This document shows, piece by piece, positions 1-19,121 of a stretch of 64,000 bases of DNA. Where the stretch lies: assembly GCF_009914755.1 (NCBI RefSeq), contig NC_060948.1, one strand, 5' to 3'. The notes below the pieces were generated by a model. It was not told the origin of the DNA. It did not search any database and worked only from the letters and a program-made list of their open reading frames with translations. The first letter of the stretch is position 1, and every line of letters begins with the position of its first letter. Source of the DNA: the human T2T-CHM13v2.0 reference genome, Homo sapiens. A program made the position numbers and the translations under genes.

Positions 1-323
1 CAAACACAGGGAAAATAAAAACACAAAGGTTCAATCTCTTCTGACCTTTGAAAGACACAGCACAGACAGTGGTCCTTAGGACGAAGAGCAGGAGACCCCT
101 AATTCCGTCACCATGGCGATAGGGCATAAACATTGCTGGGTGAGGGCACAATCCACATTGTGAGGTCCAACTGCTGCCAGGAAGACAGGAGTGCTTTTAC
201 ATAGACCGAAAGGTCATTGAAGGCTCAGAGTTTTGTTTCAAGAACTGAATCCCAAGCCCACACGTTATTAGGCTGCGCTTCTTAAAACAAGTTATGAGAT
301 GGGAAAAAGGGCACCCACAAACA
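1..323. repeat. HSATI-type segment (partial, window edge)
   Basis: Matches 2423-2745 at offset 2422. Confidence 0.75.
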
Positions 324-2175
<1,852 letters not shown>

Positions 2176-2745
2176 AGATCCGTATTTTTTAAATGAAAAA
2201 AAATTTCAAAGGTGCTCTGCTTGGTACAATAATCAAATGTATAAACTGAGGAATAAAACATAACCATGAAACCTACTTATAACTGCATATGGAAAATACA
2301 GAGGATAATTTTTTAAATAACATATTTTGAAAGCCTTAACTAGTAATTTGAAGAGTTGGCATTTGAAAGGCCAGTATGAATATACCTTCAAAGCAGCAAC
2401 ACAGGTTCCCCATGAGAAAAAGCAAACACAGGGAAAATAAAAACACAAAGGTTCAATCTCTTCTGACCTTTGAAAGACACAGCACAGACAGTGGTCCTTA
2501 GGACGAAGAGCAGGAGACCCCTAATTCCGTCACCATGGCGATAGGGCATAAACATTGCTGGGTGAGGGCACAATCCACATTGTGAGGTCCAACTGCTGCC
2601 AGGAAGACAGGAGTGCTTTTACATAGACCGAAAGGTCATTGAAGGCTCAGAGTTTTGTTTCAAGAACTGAATCCCAAGCCCACACGTTATTAGGCTGCGC
2701 TTCTTAAAACAAGTTATGAGATGGGAAAAAGGGCACCCACAAACA
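2176..2745. repeat. HSATI-type segment (representative full copy; follows every Alu)
   Basis: About 570 bp of non-Alu, moderate-GC sequence between the Alu and the next AT block. Position and size fit the HSATI component of DYZ2; the name rests on known architecture, not on an alignment. Confidence 0.75.
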
Positions 2746-4305
2746 TACGTATACATTATGTATATAATAATATACAGTATCATATATATAATATATATAA
2801 CCTATGTATAATATTGTTTTACATCCTGCATCTTATGTTATATATATTGTATAAAATATAATAATTGATAATATATAAGTTTTATAATTATACAATATGA
2901 CATATAGTATATATTATAATTTATGACATATATAATATATGTTATATGTCATATATAGAATATATTATACGGTTAATATACGTATTAAATATAAATTATA
3001 CATTATATATATTATATATAATATATCTGTTATATATAATACCCATTATGCATAATATATATATTATGTCTATGTTATATATAGTATAAAACAACATATA
3101 ATAATATATAATTGTATATATAAAATGCGACATATAATATATATTATATTTTATAACATATGTAATATATATTATATATTATATATAATACGTTGTATGT
3201 ATAATACCTATATTAAATATATATTATATGACTATGTTATTAATTACATGTCCCATGTGTTATATATTATATATTTTACATAGAATATACCGGTTACATA
3301 CAATATATACTATGTTACCTATAATGTATAATTGATTACATGTAAAATAAAGAATGCAATATATTATGTAAAATTTATAATATACAATATGTGGAATGTG
3401 ACATATGTAACATATAATATATGATATATGATATACAGTATATGATATATAACATACAATATATGATTCCTAATATATATGGTATACAATATATATTTTA
3501 TGATATGTATTCTATATGTTTTATATTCTGTTATATATAACTATTTGAAATTATATATAACTGTATAATATTTTATGTAAATATGTAATATAATATATAT
3601 AACTATATAATATATTATATATAACTATATATTATGTTATATATACTTTTATAACATAATTTACATAAAATATCATAATATAATATATATTATATTATTT
3701 CATATTACATAATATATATTACATATCACCCAATATAACTAACATACATAATATTATAATATAGATTATATTATGTTATATTAAATATCATATATATCAT
3801 GTATCATATATTCTATAATATATATTACACATTATATAATATGTATGTTGTCTATTATGTGATATATATAACTATATATATAATTATATTTTTATACATA
3901 TAACTAGATAAACATGTAATTCTACATATTTTCATTTGTAATATGTAGAATTATATAATCATATATAATTATTTATATTCTATAAAAAATTTTATCATTA
4001 TATAAATTATAATATATAAAAATTATAATATGTACTACAAATATATATATATTATATATCATATATGATATAGTACCTTTGTTATATATCATAATACATA
4101 TAAATGTGTATTATGTTATCTATAATTATATAATTTCATATATAAGATGTATAATATGTATCATATATTATATATGTTATGTAATATATATAGTATATAT
4201 AAGATGACACAGGATAAATATTATATACTATGACATATAAAATATATGAGGTTATATGTTACATATAAGGCATAGCACATAACATGTAATATATATCATA
4301 TATAA

Positions 4306-4597
4306 TTTTTTTTTAGACAGAATCTTGTCCTGTTGCACAGGGTGGGGTACAATGGCGCCATCTTTGCTCACTGCAACTTCTGCCTCACGGTTCCAAGCGA
4401 TTGTCCTCCCTCAGCCTCCCAGGTAGCTGGGACTACACCACACTGGGACTACACCAGCTGCCACCATGCCTTGCTAATTTTTTGGATTTTTAGTAGTGAC
4501 AGCGTTTCACTGTATTGGCCAGGATGGTCTTGATCTCTTCACCTTGTGATCCCCTTGCCTTGGCCTCCAAATTTGCTGGGATTACAGGCCTGAGCCA
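4306..4597 (-). mobile_element. Diverged Alu, copy 2
   Basis: Same antisense Alu, 504 bp before the unit ORF landmark. Confidence 0.93.
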
Positions 4598-6704
4598 AGA
4601 TCCGTATTTTTTAAATGAAAAAAAATTTCAAAGGTACTCTGCTTGGTACAATAATCAAATGTATAAACTGAGGAATAAAACATAACCATGAAACCTACTT
4701 ATAACTGCATATGGAAAATACAGAGGATAATTTTTTAAATAACATATTTTGAAAGCCTTAACTAGTAATTTGAAGAGTTGGCATTTGAAAGGCCAGTATG
4801 AATATACCTTCAAAGCAGCAACACAGGTTCCCCATGAGAAAAAGCAAACACAGGGAAAATAAAAACACAAAGGTTCAATCTCTTCTGACCTTTGAAAGAC
4901 ACAGCACAGACAGTGGTCCTTAGGACGAAGAGCAGGAGACCCCTAATTCCGTCACCATGGCGATAGGGCATAAACATTGCTGGGTGAGGGCACAATCCAC
5001 ATTGTGAGGTCCAACTGCTGCCAGGAAGACAGGAGTGCTTTTACATAGACCGAAAGGTCATTGAAGGCTCAGAGTTTTGTTTCAAGAACTGAATCCCAAG
5101 CCCACACGTTATTAGGCTGCGCTTCTTAAAACAAGTTATGAGATGGGAAAAAGGGCACCCACAAACATACGTATACATTATGTATATAATAATATACAGT
5201 ATCATATATATAATATATATAACCTATGTATAATATTGTTTTACATCCTGCATCTTATGTTATATATATTGTATAAAATATAATAATTGATAATATATAA
5301 GTTTTATAATTATACAATATGACATATAGTATATATTATAATTTATGACATATATAATATATGTTATATGTCATATATAGAATATATTATACGGTTAATA
5401 TACGTATTAAATATAAATTATACATTATATATATTATATATAATATATCTGTTATATATAATACCCATTATGCATAATATATATATTATGTCTATGTTAT
5501 ATATAGTATAAAACAACATATAATAATATATAATTGTATATATAAAATGCGACATATAATATATATTATATTTTATAACATATGTAATATATATCATATA
5601 TTATATATAATACGTTGTATGTATAATACCTATATTAAATATATATTATATGACTATGTTATTAATTATATGTCACATGTGTTATATATTATATATTTTA
5701 CATAGAATATACCGGTTACATACAATATATACTATGTTACCTATAATGTATAATTTATTACATGTAAAATAAAGAATGCAATATATTATGTATAATTTAT
5801 AATATACAATATGTGGAATGTGACATATGTAACATATAATATATGATATATGATATACACTATATGATATATAACATACAATATATGATTCCTAATATAT
5901 ATGGTATACAATATATATTTTATGATATGTATTCTATATGTTTTATATTCTGTTATATATAACTATTTGAAATTATATATAACTGTATAATATTTTATGT
6001 AAATATGTAATATAATATATATAACTATATAATATATTATATATAACTATATATTATGTTATATATACTTTTATAACATAATTTACATAAAATATCATAA
6101 TATAATATATATTATATTATTTCATATTACATAATATATATTACATATCACCCAATATAACTAACATACATAATATTATAATATAGATTATATTATGTTA
6201 TATTAAATATCATATATATCATGTATCATATATTCTATAATATATATTACACATTATATAATATGTATGTTGTCTATTATGTGATATATATAACTATATA
6301 TATAATTATATTTTTATACATATAACTAGATAAACATGTAATTCTACATATTTTCTTTTGTAATATGTAGAATTATATAATCATATATAATTATTTATAT
6401 TCTATAAAAAATTTTATCATTATATAAATTATAATATATAAAAATTATAATATGTACTACAAATATATATATATTATATATCATATATGATATAGTACCT
6501 TTGTTATATATCATAATACATATAAATGTGTATTATGTTATCTATAATTATATAATTTCATATATAAGATGTATAATATGTATCATATATTATATATGTT
6601 ATGTAATATATATAGTATATATAAGATGACACAGGATAAATATTATATACTATGACATATAAAATATATGAGGTTATATGTTACATATAAGGCATAGCAC
6701 ATAA

Positions 6705-7019
<315 letters not shown>

Positions 7020-9149
7020 AGATCCGTATTTTTTAAATGAAAAAAAATTTCAAAGGTGCTCTGCTTGGTACAATAATCAAATGTATAAACTGAGGAATAA
7101 AACATAACCATGAAACCTACTTATAACTGCATATGGAAAATACAGAGGATAATTTTTTAAATAACATATTTTGAAAGCCTTAACTAGTAATTTGAAGAGT
7201 TGGCATTTGAAAGGCCAGTATGAATATACCTTCAAAGCAGCAACACAGGTTCCCCATGAGAAAAAGCAAACACAGGGAAAATAAAAACACAAAGGTTCAA
7301 TCTCTTCTGACCTTTGAAAGACACAGCACAGACAGTGGTCCTTAGGACGAAGAGCAGGAGACCCCTAATTCCGTCACCATGGCGATAGGGCATAAACATT
7401 GCTGGGTGAGGGCACAATCCACATTGTGAGGTCCAACTGCTGCCAGGAAGACAGGAGTGCTTTTACATAGACCGAAAGGTCATTGAAGGCTCAGAGTTTT
7501 GTTTCAAGAACTGAATCCCAAGCCCACACGTTATTAGGCTGCGCTTCTTAAAACAAGTTATGAGATGGGAAAAAGGGCACCCACAAACATACGTATACAT
7601 TATGTATATAATAATATACAGTATCATATATATAATATATATAACCTATGTATAATATTGTTTTACATCCTGCATCTTATGTTATATATATTGTATAAAA
7701 TATAATAATTGATAATATATAAGTTTTATAATTATACAATATGACATATAGTATATATTATAATTTATGACATATATAATATATGTTATATGTCATATAT
7801 AGAATATATTATACGGTTAATATACGTATTAAATATAAATTATACATTATATATATTATATATAATATATCTGTTATATATAATACCCATTATGCATAAT
7901 ATATATATTATGTCTATGTTATATATAGTATAAAACAACATATAATAATATATAATTGTATATATAAAATGCGACATATAATATATATTATATTTTATAA
8001 CATATGTAATATATATTATATATTATATATAATACGTTGTATGTATAATACCTATATTAAATATATATTATATGACTATGTTATTAATTACATGTCCCAT
8101 GTGTTATATATTATATATTTTACATAGAATATACCGGTTACATACAATATATACTATGTTACCTATAATGTATAATTGATTACATGTAAAATAAAGAATG
8201 CAATATATTATGTAAAATTTATAATATACAATATGTGGAATGTGACATATGTAACATATAATATATGATATATGATATACACTATATGATATATAACATA
8301 CAATATATGATTCCTAATATATATGGTATACAATATATATTTTATGATATGTATTCTATATGTTTTATATTCTGTTATATATAACTATTTGAAATTATAT
8401 ATAACTGTATAATATTTTATGTAAATATGTAATATAATATATATAACTATATAATATATTATATATAACTATATATTATGTTATATATACTTTTATAACA
8501 TAATTTACATAAAATATCATAATATAATATATATTATATTATTTCATATTACATAATATATATTACATATCACCCAATATAACTAACATACATAATATTA
8601 TAATATAGATTATATTATGTTATATTAAATATCATATATATCATGTATCATATATTCTATAATATATATTACACATTATATAATATGTATGTTGTCTATT
8701 ATGTGATATATATAACTATATATATAATTATATTTTTATACATATAACTAGATAAACATGTAATTCTACATATTTTCATTTGTAATAGGTAGAATTATAT
8801 AATCATATATAATTATTTATATTCTATAAAAAATTTTATCATTATATAAATTATAATATATAAAAATTATAATATGTACTACAAATATATATATATTATA
8901 TATCATATATGATATAGTACCTTTGTTATATATCATAATACATATAAATGTGTATTATGTTATCTATAATTATATAATTTCATATATAAGATGTATAATA
9001 TGTATCATATATTATATATGTTATGTAATATATATAGTATATATAAGATGACACAGGATAAATATTATATACTATGACATATAAAATATATGAGGTTATA
9101 TGTTACATATAAGGCATAGCACATAACATGTAATATATATCATATATAA

Positions 9150-9441
9150 TTTTTTTTTAGACAGAATCTTGTCCTGTTGCACAGGGTGGGGTACAATGGC
9201 GCCATCTTTGCTCACTGCAACTTCTGCCTCACGGTTCCAAGCGATTGTCCTCCCTCAGCCTCCCAGGTAGCTGGGACTACACCACACTGGGACTACACCA
9301 GCTGCCACCATGCCTTGCTAATTTTTTGGATTTTTAGTAGTGACAGCGTTTCACTGTATTGGCCAGGATGGTCTTGATCTCTTCACCTTGTGATCCCCTT
9401 GCCTTGGCCTCCAAATTTGCTGGGATTACAGGCCTGAGCCA
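9150..9441 (-). mobile_element. Diverged Alu, copy 4
   Basis: Same antisense Alu in next unit. Confidence 0.93.
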
Positions 9442-11544
9442 AGATCCGTATTTTTTAAATGAAAAAAAATTTCAAACGTACTCTGCTTGGTACAATAATC
9501 AAATGTATAAACTGAGGAATAAAACATAACCATGAAACCTACTTATAACTGCATATGGAAAATACAGAGGATAATTTTTTAAATAACATATTTTGAAAGC
9601 CTTAACTAGTAATTTGAAGAGTTGGCATTTGAAAGGCCAGTATGAATATACCTTCAAAGCAGCAACACAGGTTCCCCATGAGAAAAAGCAAACACAGGGA
9701 AAATAAAAACACAAAGGTTCAATCTCTTCTGACCTTTGAAAGACACAGCACAGACAGTGGTCCTTAGGACGAAGAGCAGGAGACCCCTAATTCCGTCACC
9801 ATGGCGATAGGGCATAAACATTGCTGGGTGAGGGCACAATCCACATTGTGAGGTCCAACTGCTGCCAGGAAGACAGGAGTGCTTTTACATAGACCGAAAG
9901 GTCATTGAAGGCTCAGAGTTTTGTTTCAAGAACTGAATCCCAAGCCCACACGTTATTAGGCTGCGCTTCTTAAAACAAGTTATGAGATGGGAAAAAGGGC
10001 ACCCACAAACATACGTATACATTATGTATATAATAATATACAGTATCATATATATAATATATATAACCTATGTATAATATTGTTTTACATCCTGCATCTT
10101 ATGTTATATATATTGTATAAAATATAATAATTGATAATATATAAGTTTTATAATTATACAATATGACATATAGTATATATTATAATTTATGACATATATA
10201 ATATATGTTATATATCATATATAGAATATATTATACGGTTAATATACGTATTAAATATAAATTATACATTATATATATTATATATAATATATCTGTTATA
10301 TATAATACCCATTATGCATAATATATATATTATGTCTATGTTATATATAGTATAAAACAACATATAATAATATATAATTGTATATATAAAATGCGACATA
10401 TAATATATATTATATTTTATAACATATGTAATATATATTATATATTATATATAATACGTTGTATGTATAATACCTATATTAAATATATATTATATGACTA
10501 TGTTATTAATTACATGTCACATGTGTTATATATTATATATTTTACATAGAATATACCGGTTACATACAATATATACTATGTTACCTATAATGTATAATTG
10601 ATTACATGTAAAATAAAGAATGCAATATATTATGTAAAATTTATAATATACAATATGTGGAATGTGACATATGTAACATATAATATATGATATATGATAT
10701 ACAGTATATGATATATAACATACAATATATGATTCCTAATATATATGGTATACAATATATATTTTATGATATGTATTCTATATGTTTTATATTCTGTTAT
10801 ATATAACTATTTGAAATTATATATAACTGTATAATATTTTATGTAAATATGTAATATAATATATATAACTATATAATATATTATATATAACTATATATTA
10901 TGTTATATATACTTTTATAACATAATTTACATAAAATATCATAATATAATATATATTATATTTTTTCATATTACATAATATATATTACATATCACCCAAT
11001 ATAACTAACATACATAATATTATAATATAGATTATATTATGTTATATTAAATATCATATATATCATGTATCATATATTCTATAATATATATTACACATTA
11101 TATAATATGTATGTTGTCTATTATGTGATATATATAACTATATATAATTATATTTTTATACATATAACTAGATAAACATGTAATTCTACATATTTTCATT
11201 TATAATATGTAGAATTATATAATCATATATAATTATTTATATTCTATAAAAAATTTTATCATTATATAAATTATAATATATAAAAATTATAATATGTACT
11301 ACAAATATATATATTATATATCATATATGATATAATACCTTTGTTATATATCATAATACATATAAATGTGTATTATGTTATCTATAATTATATAATTTCA
11401 TATATAAGGTGTATAATATGTATCATATATTATATATGTTATGTAATATATATAGTATATATAAGATGACACAGGATAAATATTATATACTATGACATAT
11501 AAAATATATGAGGTTATATGTTACATATAAGGCATAGCACATAA

Positions 11545-11859
<315 letters not shown>

Positions 11860-13966
11860 AGATCCATATTTTTTAAATGAAAAAAAATTTCAAAGGTACT
11901 CTGCTTGGTACAATAATCAAATGTATAAACTGAGGAATAAAACATAACCATGAAACCTACTTATAACTGCATATGGAAAATACAGAGGATAATTTTTTAA
12001 ATAACATATTTTGAAAGCCTTAACTAGTAATTTGAAGAGTTGGCATTTGAAAGGCCAGTATGAATATACCTTCAAAGCAGCAACACAGGTTCCCCATGAG
12101 AAAAAGCAAACACAGGGAAAATAAAAACACAAAGGTTCAATCTCTTCTGACCTTTGAAAGACACAGCACAGACAGTGGTCCTTAGGACGAAGAGCAGGAG
12201 ACCCCTAATTCCGTCACCATGGCGATAGGGCATAAACATTGCTGGGTGAGGGCACAATCCACATTGTGAGGTCCAACTGCTGCCAGGAAGACAGGAGTGC
12301 TTTTACATAGACCGAAAGGTCATTGAAGGCTCAGAGTTTTGTTTCAAGAACTGAATCCCAAGCCCACACGTTATTAGGCTGCGCTTCTTAAAACAAGTTA
12401 TGAGATGGGAAAAAGGGCACCCACAAACATACGTATACATTATGTATATAATAATATACAGTATCATATATATAATATATATAACCTATGTATAATATTG
12501 TTTTACATCCTGCATCTTATGTTATATATATTGTATAAAATATAATAATTGATAATATATAAGTTTTATATTTATACAATATGACATATAGTATATATTA
12601 TAATTTATGACATATATAATATATGTTATATATCATATATAGAATATATTATACGGTTAATATACGTATTAAATATAAATTATACATTATATATATTATA
12701 TATAATATATCTGTTATATATAATACCCATTATGCATAATATATATATTATGTCTATGTTATATATAGTATAAAACAACATATAATAATATATAATTGTA
12801 TATATAAAATGCGACATATAATATATATTATATTTTATAACATATGTAATATATATTATATATTATATATAATACGTTGTATGTATAATACCTATATTAA
12901 ATATATATTATATGACTATGTTATTAATTACATGTCACATGTGTTATATATTATATATTTTACATAGAATATACCGGTTACATACAATATATACTATGTT
13001 ACCTATAATGTATAATTGATTACATGTAAAATAAATAATGCAATATATTATGTATAATTTATAATATACAATATGTGGAATGTGACATATGTAACATATA
13101 ATATATGATATATGATATACAGTATATGATATATAACATACAATATATGATTCCTAATATATATGGTATACAATATATATTTTATGATATGTATTCTATA
13201 TGTTTTATATTCTGTTATATATAACTATTTGAAATTATATATAACTGTATAATATTTTATGTAAATATGTAATATAATATATATAACTATATAATATATT
13301 ATATATAACTATATATTATGTTATATATACTTTTATAACATAATTTACATAAAATATCATAATATAATATATATTATATTATTTCATATTACATAATATA
13401 TATTACATATCACCCAATATAACTAACATACATAATATTATAATATAGATTATATTGTGTTATATTAAATATCATATATATCATGTATCATATATTCTAT
13501 AATATATATTACACATTATATAATATGTATGTTGTCTATTATGTGATATATATAACTATATATATAATTATATTTTTATACATATAACTAGATAAACATG
13601 TAATTCTACATATTTTCATTTGTAATATGTAGAATTATATAATCATATATAATTATTTATAATCTATAAAAAATTTTATCATTATATAAATTATAATATA
13701 TAAAAATTATAATATGTACTACAAATATATATATATTATATATCATATATGATATAGTACCTTTGTTATATATCATAATACATATAAATGTGTATTATGT
13801 TATCTATAATTATATAATTTCATATATAAGATGTATAATATGTATCATATATTATATATGTTATGTAATATATATAGTATATATAAGATGACACAGGATA
13901 AATATTATATACTATGACATATAAAATATATGAGGTTATATGTTACATATAAGGCATAGCACATAA

Positions 13967-14281
<315 letters not shown>

Positions 14282-16386
14282 AGATCCGTATTTTTTAAAT
14301 GAAAAAAAATTTCAAAGGTACTCTGCTTGGTACAATAATCAAATGTATAAACTGAGGAATAAAACATAACCATGAAACCTACTTATAACTGCATATGGAA
14401 AATACAGAGGATAATTTTTTAAATAACATATTTTGAAAGCCTTAACTAGTAATTTGAAGAGTTGGCATTTGAAAGGCCAGTATGAATATACCTTCAAAGC
14501 AGCAACACAGGTTCCCCATGAGAAAAAGCAAACACAGGGAAAATAAAAACACAAAGGTTCAATCTCTTCTGACCTTTGAAAGACACAGCACAGACAGTGG
14601 TCCTTAGGACGAAGAGCAGGAGACCCCTAATTCCGTCACCATGGCGATAGGGCATAAACATTGCTGGGTGAGGGCACAATCCACATTGTGAGGTCCAACT
14701 GCTGCCAGGAAGACAGGAGTGCTTTTACATAGACCGAAAGGTCATTGAAGGCTCAGAGTTTTGTTTCAAGAACTGAATCCCAAGCCCACACGTTATTAGG
14801 CTGCGCTTCTTAAAACAAGTTATGAGATGGGAAAAAGGGCACCCACAAACATACGTATACATTATGTATATAATAATATACAGTATCATATATATAATAT
14901 ATATAACCTATGTATAATATTGTTTTACATCCTGCATCTTATGTTATATATATTGTATAAAATATAATAATTGATAATATATAAGTTTTATAATTATACA
15001 ATATGACATATAGTATATATTATAATGTATGACATATATAATATATGTTATATATCATATATAGAGTATATTATACGGTTAATATACGTATTAAATATAA
15101 ATTATACCTTATATATATTATATATAATATATCTGTTATATATAATACCCATTATGCATAATATATATATTATGTCTGTTATATATAGTATAAAACAACA
15201 TATAATAATATATAATTGTATATATAAAATGCGACATATAATATATATTATATTTTATAACATATGTAATATATATTATATATTATATATAATACGTTGT
15301 ATGTATAATACCTATATTAAATATATATTATATGACTATGTTATTAATTACATGTCACATGTGTTATATATTATATATTTTACATAGAATATACCGGTTA
15401 CATACAATATATACTATGTTACCTATAATGTATAATTTATTACATGTAAAATAAATAATGCAATATATTATGTAAAATTTATAATATACAATATGTGGAA
15501 TGTGATATATGTAACATATAATATATGATATATGATATACAGTATATGATATGTAACATACAATATATGATTCCTAATATATATGGTATACAATATATAT
15601 TTTATGATATGTATTCTATATGTTTTATATTCTGTTATATATAACTATTTGAAATTATATATAACTGTATAATATTTTATGTAAATATGAAATATAATAT
15701 ATATAACTATATAATATATTATATATAACTATATATTATGTTATGTATACTTTTATAACATAATTTACATAAAATATCATAATATAATATATATTATATT
15801 ATTTCATATTACATAATATATATTACATATCACCCAATATAACTAACATACATAATATTATAATATAGATTATATTATGTTATATTAAATATCATATATA
15901 TCATGTATCATATATTCTATAATATATATTACACATTATATAATATGTATGTTGTCTATTATGTGATATATATAACTATATATATAATTATATTTTTATA
16001 CATATAACTAGATAAACATGTAATTCTACATATTTTCATTTAGAATATGTAGAATTATATAATCATACATAATTATTTATATTCTATAAAAAATTTTATC
16101 ATTATATAAATTATAATATATAAAAATTATAATATGTACTACAAATATATATATATTATATATCATATATGATATAGTACCTTTGTTATATATCATAATA
16201 CATATAAATGTGTATTATGTTATCTATAATTATATAATTTCATATATAAGATGTATAATATGTATCATATATTATATATGTTATGTAATATATATAGTAT
16301 ATATAAGATGACACAGGATAAATATTATATACTATGAGATATAAAATATATGAGGTTATATGTTACATATAAGGCATAGCACATAA

Positions 16387-16701
<315 letters not shown>

Positions 16702-18806
16702 AGATCCGTATTTTTTAAATGAAAAAAAATTTCAAAGGTACTCTGCTTGGTACAATAATCAAATGTATAAACTGAGGAATAAAACATAACCATGAAACCT
16801 ACTTATAACTGCATATGGAAAATACAGAGGATAATTTTTTAAATAACATATTTTGAAAGCCTTAACTAGTAATTTGAAGAGTTGGCATTTGAAAGGCCAG
16901 TATGAATATACCTTCAAAGCAGCAACACAGGTTCCCCATGAGAAAAAGCAAACACAGGGAAAATAAAAACACAAAGGTTCAATCTCTTCTGACCTTTGAA
17001 AGACACAGCACAGACAGTGGTCCTTAGGACGAAGAGCAGGAGACCCCTAATTCCGTCACCATGGCGATAGGGCATAAACATTGCTGGGTGAGGGCACAAT
17101 CCACATTGTGAGGTCCAACTGCTGCCAGGAAGACAGGAGTGCTTTTACATAGACCGAAAGGTCATTGAAGGCTCAGAGTTTTGTTTCAAGAACTGAATCC
17201 CAAGCCCACACGTTATTAGGCTGCGCTTCTTAAAACAAGTTATGAGATGGGAAAAAGGGCACCCACAAACATACGTATACATTATGTATATAATAATATA
17301 CAGTATCATATATATAATATATATAACCTATGTATAATATTGTTTTACATCCTGCATCTTATGTTATATATATTGTATAAAATATAATAATTGATAATAT
17401 ATAAGTTTTATAATTATACAATATGACATATAGTATATATTATAATTTATGACATATATAATATATGTTATATGTCATATATAGAATATATTATACGGTT
17501 AATATACGTATTAAATATAAATTATACATTATATATATTATATATAATATATCTGTTATATATAATACCCATTATGCATAATATATATATTATGTCTATG
17601 TTATATATAGTATAAAACAACATATAATAATATATAATTGTATATATAAAATGCGACATATAATATATATTATATTTTATAACATATGTAATATATATTA
17701 TATATTATATATAATACGTTGTATGTATAATACCTATATTAAATATATATTATATGACTATGTTATTAATTACATGTCACATGTGTTATATATTATATAT
17801 TTTACATAGAATATACCGGTTACATACAATATATACTATGTTACCTATAATGTATAATTTATTACATGTAAAATAAAGAATGCAATATATTATGTATAAT
17901 TTATAATATACAATATGTGGAATGTGACATATGTAACATATAATATATGATATATGATATACAGTATATGATATATAACATACAATATATGATTCCTAAT
18001 ATATATGGTATACAATATCTATTTTATGATATGTATTCTATATGTTTTATATTCTGTTATATATAACTATTTGAAATTATATATAACTGTATAATATTTT
18101 ATGTAAATATGTAATATAATATATATAACTATATAATATATTATATATAACTATATATTATGTTATATATACTTTTATAACATAATTTACATAAAATATC
18201 ATAATATAATATATATTATATTATTTCATATTCCATAATATATATTACATATCACCCAATATAACTAACATACATAATATTATAATATAGATTATATTAT
18301 GTTATATTAAATATCATATATATCATGTATCATATATTCTATAATATATATTACACATTATATAATATGTATGTTGTCTATTATGTGATATATATATCTA
18401 TATATATAATTATATTTTTATACATATAACTAGATAAACATGTAATTCTACATATTTTCATTTATAATATGTAGAATTATATAATCATATATAATTATTT
18501 ATATTCTATAAAAAATTTTATCATTATATAAATTATAATATATCAAAATTATAATATGTACTACAAATATATATATATTATATATCATATATGATATAGT
18601 ACCTTTGTTATATATCATAATACATATAAATGTGTATTGTTATCTATAATTATATAATTTCATATATAAGATGTATAATATGTATCATATATTATATATG
18701 TTATGAAATATATATAGTATATATAAGATGACACAGGATAAATATTATATACTATGACATATAAAATATATGAGGTTATATGTTACATATAAGGCATAGC
18801 ACATAA

Positions 18807-19121
<315 letters not shown>

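Noticed and set aside
113-163. Strong Kozak context (gtcaccATGG) opening a 16-codon ORF, MAIGHKHCWVRAQSTL
   Set aside because: The ORF is very short, with no promoter or splice support; one such context per 2.4 kb is expected by chance.
2233-2573. 71-aa and 61-aa minus-strand ORFs repeated in nearly every unit
   Set aside because: They have non-ATG starts and no recognisable domain. Their conservation simply mirrors DNA identity of the satellite, and the 71-aa ORF is lost in B-type units.
15025-15387. 120-aa Ile/Tyr-rich ORF (also 19865-20227)
   Set aside because: It is a reading of (TA)n-like DNA, opened by a T>G change and a 2-bp deletion in P-type units only.
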